Shown here piece by piece: positions 1-7,162 of a DNA stretch of 29,340 nt (position 1 is its first letter; each line of letters begins with the position of its first letter). Location: positions 1-29,340 of IMG/VR virus record IMGVR_UViG_3300034101_000148; one strand, written 5' to 3'. The notes under the pieces are model-generated. The model saw nothing but the letters and a program-made list of their open reading frames with translations, ran no database searches and was not told where the DNA came from. Both the position numbers and the translations under genes were made by a program. This DNA is from a virus. Lineage: Duplodnaviria; Caudoviricetes.

Positions 1-2
1 AC

Positions 3-185
3 GAGATCGTGGCGGCTTGGAACTTTGTGTTGGTGATGGAAGCAGGGGACTACTTTGAGTTGGCTTGGGAGGCTGCCGATACCAACGTGGTCATCCCTTA
101 CGTAGCCGCTACGGGCAATATCCCGGCTATTCCGTCCATCATCATGACTGTCACTTGGGTATCGAATTACGAGGCCAACGAGTGA
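3..185 (+). CDS. 3' end of a phage structural protein (beta-rich C-terminal domain), 5'-truncated by the window edge
   Basis: Frame 3 is open from the edge: EIVAAWNFVLVMEAGDYFELAWEAADTNVVIPYVAATGNIPAIPSIIMTVTWVSNYEANE, TGA at 183-185. The AAWNF..GDYFEL.W..PAIPS pattern resembles C-termini of small virion/tail proteins of aquatic phages. Not in the ORF track. Confidence 0.75.
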   Translation, partial: EIVAAWNFVLVMEAGDYFELAWEAADTNVVIPYVAATGNIPAIPSIIMTVTWVSNYEANE

Positions 186-219
186 TACCATTTAAGAAAC
201 CTTACCCCACGGGGGTTGT

Positions 220-3200
220 ATGAACGATAGATATCCTGCGGCGGGGCTAGCGTCCCTTGTAGCCGCTCAAGGCCGTGGCAAGGACACAACCCTTGTCCAC
301 ATGACCCCTGATGAAGTACGGACTCTTGAAGAGTTTGCCGCTGCTAACGGGCTACCAATTAAACGTAACCCTATTACCGGGCTTCCGGAGGCAGGGGCGC
401 TAGACAGTATTCTGAAGTTCTTCACTTCAGCCGGTAAAGTTCTTAGGAACGTTGGTACCGCAGCCCTTGCTAATCCTCAAACCACGGCTCTTCTAGCCGG
501 TACCGCCTACGGCGCTATCAAGGGCGACCTGCAAAAGGGCCTTGAGGCGGGCATGAAAGCCTACGCTGGGACTAAATTGCTTGGCGGTATCACGGCTGGA
601 ATGCAGCAAGGCAGGAAGATCCCCGGCATCGCCGGTCCTGTTGGCTATAAGGAAGCTGGTCGTGGTGCTGATGACTTTGGTGAAGTCGCGCCCGGTCTGA
701 TGGATGTCAAACCTACGGTTGAGGCTCCGCTTGGGAGAAGTCCTTCCACGGGCGGTCTTGATGCTCTTCTAGGTCGAGCACTGGGCGGCGGTCAGACCGG
801 TACTGCACAACAAGGACAGGCTCCGCAAGGACAACAAGGACTGTTCCGTTCGGGTGATCCAATTATGGATGCCATCATGCTCTATGCCACTAAGAAGGCT
901 GAGCAGAAGCTCACGGGGCAGCGTCCGGGCATCCCGACTCCGGAGCCGACGCAGTATCGCAACGTGCAGTTTAGCCGTGGGCAGGTTAACCCTCGCTTTG
1001 GTGAACCGGGGCAGCCGTATTTCATTGGTGGCGGGTATACAGATCAAGGTACGACAACACAGTACCCTGACTACACTCGGCCGCCGCCTGTTACTCCGCC
1101 CCAGACGCAGACTCAGATGCCGGGGCAACAGTATCAACAGCCTCCACCCACGGCTCCACCTAGGTCAGAGCCGCTAAGCGGTTTAGGTGACAGGAGATAC
1201 GCTATGGCTGGGGGCGGTATTGTCCCTCGGCCTAATGCTTCTTATCCGTTGAGTCGGGTGCAGCCTGCTGGTTACGAACCTGAAACTAATGTGTTTACGG
1301 GTGAAGAGGGTTTTGCTGAAGGCGGCATATCGGAAACGGCCAGCAATTTAGATTTGGAGTCTGAAGAAGAAAGGAGGCGGAAGTATTTCGAGAATCTCCG
1401 CCCTTTCGCTCCCGCCCTGTCTGATTACTATCGCACTGGTGCTATCAGCACCGGTTCAGAACAGGGCGACAATTTAAACCGCGATCCGCTTACTCGTCTG
1501 CCTCAAGTGCCACCGGGCGGCATAGCCAGCCCGGACCTTGCAGATTGGTATCGTTCACTTCTTGTACCCCCTACAGGCCGTGCTCCGGTCAATATGGGGG
1601 ATTACTTTTCTACTAGTCCAAGACGAGGCACTACTAATTACGGCCCAGTCGTAACTTATCCAGAAGTTACACCGCCTCCGCCACCCCCACCGCCTCCGCC
1701 GCCTAAGACTTGCGAGGAAGGCTTCGTATATATCGCCGCACGCGTCCTTGCAGGACTTGATCCGTGCGCTAAAGAGTGTTCGCCGGGCACTAAGCCCGAT
1801 GCGTTAGGGTTCTGCATACCTGACGTAAAGACCTGCCCAGATGGGTCGTTGCCCGATGCAGAGGGTAACTGTAATACGACCCGTAAATGTCCGGACGGCT
1901 CAGACCCTGATCCTGTCTACGGCTGCGATAAGCCCAAATTGTGTCCGGACGGGTCTATGCCGGATGCTAACGGCAACTGCCCCACGACCCGTAAATGTCC
2001 GGATGGCTCAGACCCTGATCCGATCTATGGCTGCGATAAGCCCAAATTGTGTCCGGACGGGTCTATGCCGGATGCTAACGGCAACTGTCCTTCAACCCGT
2101 AAATGTCCGGACGGCTCAGACCCTGATCCTGTCTACGGCTGCGATAAGCCCAAATTGTGTCCGGACGGATCTCTACCGGATGCCAACGGCAACTGTCCCA
2201 CGACCCGTAAATGTCCTGACGGCTCAGACCCTGATCCTGTCTACGGCTGCGATAAGCCCAAATTGTGTCCGGACGGATCTCTACCGGATGCCAACGGCAA
2301 CTGTCCCACGACCCGTAAATGTCCGGATGGCTCAGACCCTGATCCGATCTATGGCTGCGATAAGCCCAAATTGTGTCCGGACGGGTCTATGCCGGATGCC
2401 AACGGCAACTGTCCTTCAACCCGTAAATGTCCGGACGGCTCAGACCCTGATCCTGTCTACGGCTGCGATAAGCCCAAATTGTGTCCGGACGGATCTCTAC
2501 CGGATGCCAACGGCAACTGTAATACGACCCGTAAATGTCCGGATGGCTCCGACCCTGATCCTGTCTACGGCTGCGATAAGCCCAAATTGTGTCCGGACGG
2601 ATCTATGCCGGATGCTAACGGCAACTGCCCCACGACCCGTAAATGTCCGGATGGCTCAGACCCTGATCCGATCTATGGCTGCGATAAGCCCAAATTGTGT
2701 CCGGACGGGTCTATGCCGGATGCTAACGGCAACTGTCCTTCAACCCGTAAATGTCCGGACGGCTCAGACCCTGATCCTGTCTACGGCTGCGATAAGCCCC
2801 GACGATGTGCAGATGGCTCACTCCCGGATGCCAATGGATCATGTCCGGAAGATAGAAAGTGTCCGGATGGCTCAGACCCTGATCCGGTCTACGGCTGCGA
2901 TAAGCCCAAATTGTGTCCGGACGGATCTCTACCGGATGCCAACGGCAACTGTAATACGACCCGTAAATGTCCGGACGGCTCAGACCCTGATCCGGTCTAT
3001 GGCTGCGATAAGCCTAAAACGTGTCCGGATGGTTCAGTTCCTGACCCAATCTTCGGCTGTAATAAGGTTAGACCGTGCCCAGACGGATCTATGCCGGATG
3101 CCAACGGCAACTGTAATACGACTCGCAAATGCCCTGATGGATCTGAACCCCATCCAGTTTACGGTTGCGAAAACAAGGGGCCGTGCCCTGACGGTAGGCA

Positions 3201-4659
3201 GCCGGGCGAAAACGGCATTTGCTCAAACGGAGGCTGTCCGGACGGATCACCTGCCGTGGAGTACTACGGCTGCGATAAACCCGATGGTTCAGAAACTTGT
3301 CCGGGATACAGACAAGGCGAGATTAGAGACCCCATAACCGGCAAGTGTCGTCAGAAAGATATTCCGAAACGTTGTCCAGACGGCACTGATCCTCATCCTA
3401 TTTGGGGGTGCAATAATCCGTCGCTTTGTCCAAAAGGCACGACAGAAAACGTCTACTTAAAGGCGCTTGGTTTAGAGTGGCCGTTATATTGCGTGCCAAA
3501 TATTGTCAAACCGGATGTAACTTTCTATTACTGTGATGACGGCAGTAAGAGTACCGATCACAAAGATGACACTTGCCCGGAAGATATACCTGACCGACCG
3601 CGATGCAGTGACGGCTCCTTCCCAGAAGATTACCCAGATGGTAAATGTCCTCCGGGAGTAACAAAGTGTCCTGACGGATATCGTTATGACACGACTCTTG
3701 AAAATCTTCCGGGCGTAAACCCTTGCGTGCCAGATGACGGTTGCCCTGACGGACAACAACGCAGTCCTAATGACAACAAGTGCTATAAGCGCGGGGAAGG
3801 TCCAGAAGCAACGGATAGGTTTAAGCAGTGCGGAAGCGGTGCGATGGTCTACAAAGACGATCCATGCCCGGAAGATGTTGATCCTGAATATGCCGCACGC
3901 CTTGATTGTGATCGTAGTGGCGGTACTTACGACGGTTATTTACAAATATGTGTTCCGCCCGGAATGTGCTTAGGTAGTTTTGGAGAACTGTATCCAGAAG
4001 GTCCAAATGGTTGCGGATACTCTTACGATAACGACCCGTATGCGTACAGATGGGGGCAGTATGCTGCCGGTGGATCAGTAGAAAGTACTGCTGAATTTAG
4101 TTCTCCTTCTGACAGTATGATGGGTAAATTTAAGATGTTCGGTATCCCCGAAATGCCTAAAGGATTAGGCAGTGAAGACATCCGAATGATGGAAATTGAC
4201 CCCCGATACATGGCCTCTGGAGACACCGTGAAGAGAACTAAGAAGTATCAAACCGGCGGTATCGCCTCCTTGCCGACCCGTGATCCCCGTCTAGGCGGGG
4301 CTATGAACCCGGTTGATGGATACAACTTTGGGTTTGCTCAAGGTGGTATGCCGTCGATGCCTGAATATCAGGCAGGTGGTAAGCTCTTACGTGGACCGGG
4401 AGATGGTATGTCTGATGACATCCCTGCCGTAATCCGAGGTAAGGGGGTGCAGAGAGCGGCTTTGGCAGACGGTGAGTTTGTCATCCCCGCCGATGTGGTG
4501 TCGCATCTTGGCAACGGATCAACCGAGGCAGGTGCGAAAAAACTGTATAAAATGATGGAGCAGATTCGTCGTGCGCGAACGGGGACCGGCAAGCAAGCCC
4601 CCCAAGTAAACCCCGATAAGTTCCTGCCCCGTGCAACGCCCGCCAAGAAGCGGCGATAG
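220..4659 (+). CDS. Large putative virion-associated (internal/ejection cluster) protein with central Cys-rich tandem repeats, 1479 aa
   Basis: N-terminal GRGKDTTLVHMTPDEV..NPITGLPE module; Gly/Pro/Gln-rich linker; Pro11 run; 78 Cys between 1711 and 4014; several [FYM]xxGG motifs; C-terminal GPGDGMSDDIPA..LADGEFVIPADVV module. First of four large co-oriented, tightly packed late genes. Confidence 0.85.
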   Translation: MNDRYPAAGLASLVAAQGRGKDTTLVHMTPDEVRTLEEFAAANGLPIKRNPITGLPEAGALDSILKFFTSAGKVLRNVGTAALANPQTTALLAGTAYGAIKGDLQKGLEAGMKAYAGTKLLGGITAGMQQGRKIPGIAGPVGYKEAGRGADDFGEVAPGLMDVKPTVEAPLGRSPSTGGLDALLGRALGGGQTGTAQQGQAPQGQQGLFRSGDPIMDAIMLYATKKAEQKLTGQRPGIPTPEPTQYRNVQFSRGQVNPRFGEPGQPYFIGGGYTDQGTTTQYPDYTRPPPVTPPQTQTQMPGQQYQQPPPTAPPRSEPLSGLGDRRYAMAGGGIVPRPNASYPLSRVQPAGYEPETNVFTGEEGFAEGGISETASNLDLESEEERRRKYFENLRPFAPALSDYYRTGAISTGSEQGDNLNRDPLTRLPQVPPGGIASPDLADWYRSLLVPPTGRAPVNMGDYFSTSPRRGTTNYGPVVTYPEVTPPPPPPPPPPPKTCEEGFVYIAARVLAGLDPCAKECSPGTKPDALGFCIPDVKTCPDGSLPDAEGNCNTTRKCPDGSDPDPVYGCDKPKLCPDGSMPDANGNCPTTRKCPDGSDPDPIYGCDKPKLCPDGSMPDANGNCPSTRKCPDGSDPDPVYGCDKPKLCPDGSLPDANGNCPTTRKCPDGSDPDPVYGCDKPKLCPDGSLPDANGNCPTTRKCPDGSDPDPIYGCDKPKLCPDGSMPDANGNCPSTRKCPDGSDPDPVYGCDKPKLCPDGSLPDANGNCNTTRKCPDGSDPDPVYGCDKPKLCPDGSMPDANGNCPTTRKCPDGSDPDPIYGCDKPKLCPDGSMPDANGNCPSTRKCPDGSDPDPVYGCDKPRRCADGSLPDANGSCPEDRKCPDGSDPDPVYGCDKPKLCPDGSLPDANGNCNTTRKCPDGSDPDPVYGCDKPKTCPDGSVPDPIFGCNKVRPCPDGSMPDANGNCNTTRKCPDGSEPHPVYGCENKGPCPDGRQPGENGICSNGGCPDGSPAVEYYGCDKPDGSETCPGYRQGEIRDPITGKCRQKDIPKRCPDGTDPHPIWGCNNPSLCPKGTTENVYLKALGLEWPLYCVPNIVKPDVTFYYCDDGSKSTDHKDDTCPEDIPDRPRCSDGSFPEDYPDGKCPPGVTKCPDGYRYDTTLENLPGVNPCVPDDGCPDGQQRSPNDNKCYKRGEGPEATDRFKQCGSGAMVYKDDPCPEDVDPEYAARLDCDRSGGTYDGYLQICVPPGMCLGSFGELYPEGPNGCGYSYDNDPYAYRWGQYAAGGSVESTAEFSSPSDSMMGKFKMFGIPEMPKGLGSEDIRMMEIDPRYMASGDTVKRTKKYQTGGIASLPTRDPRLGGAMNPVDGYNFGFAQGGMPSMPEYQAGGKLLRGPGDGMSDDIPAVIRGKGVQRAALADGEFVIPADVVSHLGNGSTEAGAKKLYKMMEQIRRARTGTGKQAPQVNPDKFLPRATPAKKRR
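1672..1704 (+). repeat. Poly-proline tract (11 consecutive Pro codons) just before the Cys-rich region
   Basis: ccg cct ccg cca ccc cca ccg cct ccg ccg cct, in frame with ORF 220-4659. Mixed codons suggest selection at the protein level rather than slippage. Confidence 0.95.
1834..3183 (+). repeat. Coding tandem repeat: 25 x 54-bp monomers (18 aa, C-x11-C-x5), mostly alternating A/B 108-bp dimers, with 324-bp higher-order periodicity
   Basis: A = CPDGS[LM]PDANGNC[PN][TS]TRK, B = CPDGSDPDP[VI]YGCDKPKL. TGC at 1834 and TGC at 3184 are exactly 25 x 54 nt apart. Variant gatccgatctat at 2017/2341/2665 and ccttcaacc at 2089/2413/2737 (324-nt steps). Confidence 0.97.
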
Positions 4660-4670
4660 AGGGTACAAAG

Positions 4671-5765
4671 ATGTCTACTACGACTCCGACCACTACAACC
4701 CAGATTACGTCCAACATTCCAGAGTGGGCAAAAGCTTACGCCACTGACATACTGGGTTTTGGCGCGGCGCTCACGTACCCAAAGCAGAAGATTGATCCAA
4801 AAACAGGACAACCGCTTTATGCGACTAATCCAGTTACTGGACAACCGATTTTAAATCAAAAGGGGGAAAAAGTACCTCTTCTTGAGTCCGGGTTCCAGCC
4901 CTACGGCGGCGAACTAGTAGCCGGGGAAAGCCCTCTTCAGACGCGAGCATATAATGACCTGTCAAGTATGCAGGTCTCTCCGCAGACCTCTCAAGCAACT
5001 GGCTTCACGGGGCTGGCCGCGCTTCAAGCGCAGAATCTTGCTAGGTACAACCCGCTTGGTCAGCAAGAGTATTATCAATCGCCTTATATGCAGCGGGGCG
5101 GCTTAGATGCTTACATGTCTCCGTACATGCAGGGCGTGGTTGAACAGCAAAAGAAACAAGCAGTTCAAGATTACAGAAGGCAGATTCCGGGCATGGGTGC
5201 AGCCGCAGCCCGAGTGGGTGGTCGTGGTGGTACTCGTGAGGCGCTTCTTCAAGCGGAAGGGCAACGTAATCTAAACGAACAGTTGCAAAACATTCAGGCA
5301 ACTGGACTTCAGAATGCCTTTCAACAGGCATCACAACAAGCGATGCAGGATGCTGCAACTCGCGCTCAGTATGGTCTTGCCGGTACGCAGTTGGGTGAGC
5401 AGTCCCGTCAGTTTGGTGCGGGTCTTGGTCTACAAGGTCTTCAACAACAGTTGGCCGCTGCCGGTCAGCTTGGTTCGTTGGGTCAACAGCAGTATCAGCA
5501 GCAAGCCGGTATTCTCGGTGCCCAGATGGGTGCTGGTGCCCAGCAGCAAGCACTGAAGCAAAAGATGTTGGAGTCGAACTACCAACGCTTCATTGATGAG
5601 ATGACGTACCCGTACAAGCAGTTGGAGTTCATGTCGAACTTGCTGCGCGGCACTCCGTCGTCTGCTGAGACTCGTAACATTTATACGCAGGGTCCGAGTA
5701 CCTTCCAGCAAATAGCAGGTTTGACTGGCGGTGTTGGCGGATTGTTTGGATCTTTCGGGAGTTAA
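4671..5765 (+). CDS. Putative DNA ejection/pilot (internal virion) protein, Gln/Gly-rich, 364 aa
   Basis: Thr-rich N-terminus followed by NIPEWAKAY; YMSPYMQGVVEQQ motif; long Gln-rich helical stretch; Gly-rich hydrophobic C-terminus (QQIAGLTGGVGGLFGSFG); no Cys; position typical of podovirus ejection genes. Confidence 0.7.
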   Translation: MSTTTPTTTTQITSNIPEWAKAYATDILGFGAALTYPKQKIDPKTGQPLYATNPVTGQPILNQKGEKVPLLESGFQPYGGELVAGESPLQTRAYNDLSSMQVSPQTSQATGFTGLAALQAQNLARYNPLGQQEYYQSPYMQRGGLDAYMSPYMQGVVEQQKKQAVQDYRRQIPGMGAAAARVGGRGGTREALLQAEGQRNLNEQLQNIQATGLQNAFQQASQQAMQDAATRAQYGLAGTQLGEQSRQFGAGLGLQGLQQQLAAAGQLGSLGQQQYQQQAGILGAQMGAGAQQQALKQKMLESNYQRFIDEMTYPYKQLEFMSNLLRGTPSSAETRNIYTQGPSTFQQIAGLTGGVGGLFGSFGS

Positions 5766-5768
5766 ACC

Positions 5769-7157
5769 ATGATTGGTCCGGTAAGCGAAACTGGTAAGAC
5801 GATGCTCTCCTCGCTCCAAGGAGCGATGGCTAAGGGTATGCCTGTGGATCAGGCTATCCAGTACGTAAAGAGTCAGGCTGCAACAGGCGTTGCTCCGCTT
5901 GTAGATTTGTACGCGCTGCTCAAACAGTTTGAGCGACTGAAGCAAACACCGGCTCAACCTCCGCAAGGCGGCAACTTAAAGCAACAACTTAACAATCTTG
6001 AGTCGTCTATTGTTGGCGGTCAGCAAGGTGTTGCTGGGCTTGGTGGTCCGACGAGTTACTACGAAGAAATGCAAAACCCGATGGATCGCGGTATTGCCTC
6101 ATTAGATTCAGGAGTAATGGATAATCCACAAGGCTTCAACATGGGCGGTATCGTGGCTTTTGCAGAGGGCGGTCAGCCTGAAGCGCCGAAGTCCATCACG
6201 CCCCAACTGTATACGCTGCCTAAGTCGTATGAAGAGTTAGCGCAACAAGCGATGCGTGAGCAGATGGCGCTTGAGACTCCGGAAGGACGCGCTGCGTTCT
6301 TGGCTAAACAAGACGCAGAACTTAAAGAAGCCGGGCTTGGTCCGTATGCTAAGTCTCTTGAAATGCGTGATGAATTGGCTAAAGAAGCTGAGCAACGAGC
6401 CGGGTTACTGCCCGGTGAAGAAGCTGCGCTCAACGAAGAATCGTTCTGGGCAGACGTAGCCGGTTCCGACGCAGGTGATCTCGTGTCTGCTATGGCTAAG
6501 AGTAAAGCCAAGGCGGTTGAGCGCAAACGCGCCAGCCGCGAGAAAGTTAATGCTGCTAAAGAAAAGGCAGCGGAAGAGAAAGTTCTGCGCCAAGAAGCTC
6601 GTGAGGCTCTCAAGCAAGGCGATATTAACGCTTATAAGACAAAGCTCGCGGCTGCTAACACACTGCGAGATACGAAAGTTTCTGAGTACGTTAAAGATGT
6701 TGAGGGTGACAAAGACCGAGAAGACGCAGCGGCAAGGGCACGTGAAGTGGCGCGGATTCAGAAAGATTCGCCGTTGGCTCGGGCGCAAGAAGCGTTGCGT
6801 ACTACTCCGATGTACTTGGAGAACGGTGAGCCGAACCCGACTTATGGTGAGATTCGCCGTCTCATAAGCGATATGAATGCAGGTCGTGGCGGTGCAGGGA
6901 ATCGGTCACAGATAAGTTACTATCAAAATATCTATAGAAACGCGACCACTGCGCTAAGAAAGGCTCAAGAGGCTGATGCTGTATCTGGTACGGCTGAGAC
7001 TAGAGCAGCACTTCAAGCAGCACGGGCTGCTGAAGCCAAAGCACGACGAGACTATGAAGCGGCTTCGTTGGGGCAGGACTTTGAAGCACCTACCGGAGGA
7101 GTATCAGATCCTACACAGATGTCGGATGAAGAATTGCTGGCCGCTCTGAATCAGTAA
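5769..7157 (+). CDS. Putative internal virion/ejection protein, Ala/Glu/Lys-rich coiled coil, 462 aa
   Basis: GIASL..FNMGGIVAFAEGG motif at 6135-6173 followed by a long helical A/E/K/R-rich region; no Cys; 3-nt and 5-nt gaps to its neighbours. Confidence 0.65.
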   Translation: MIGPVSETGKTMLSSLQGAMAKGMPVDQAIQYVKSQAATGVAPLVDLYALLKQFERLKQTPAQPPQGGNLKQQLNNLESSIVGGQQGVAGLGGPTSYYEEMQNPMDRGIASLDSGVMDNPQGFNMGGIVAFAEGGQPEAPKSITPQLYTLPKSYEELAQQAMREQMALETPEGRAAFLAKQDAELKEAGLGPYAKSLEMRDELAKEAEQRAGLLPGEEAALNEESFWADVAGSDAGDLVSAMAKSKAKAVERKRASREKVNAAKEKAAEEKVLRQEAREALKQGDINAYKTKLAAANTLRDTKVSEYVKDVEGDKDREDAAARAREVARIQKDSPLARAQEALRTTPMYLENGEPNPTYGEIRRLISDMNAGRGGAGNRSQISYYQNIYRNATTALRKAQEADAVSGTAETRAALQAARAAEAKARRDYEAASLGQDFEAPTGGVSDPTQMSDEELLAALNQ

Positions 7158-7162
7158 AGCAC

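Noticed and set aside
1834-3183. Repeat array as CRISPR array, iterons or DGR template/variable repeats
   Set aside because: No unique spacers, unit length is a multiple of three inside an ORF, differences are not adenine-specific, and no reverse transcriptase or cas operon is present.
1841-3337. 498-aa alternative-frame ORF across the repeat
   Set aside because: A 108-bp unit with no stop in that frame stays open when repeated. The ORF begins and ends with the array, has no clear SD, and much of the variation is silent in the main frame.
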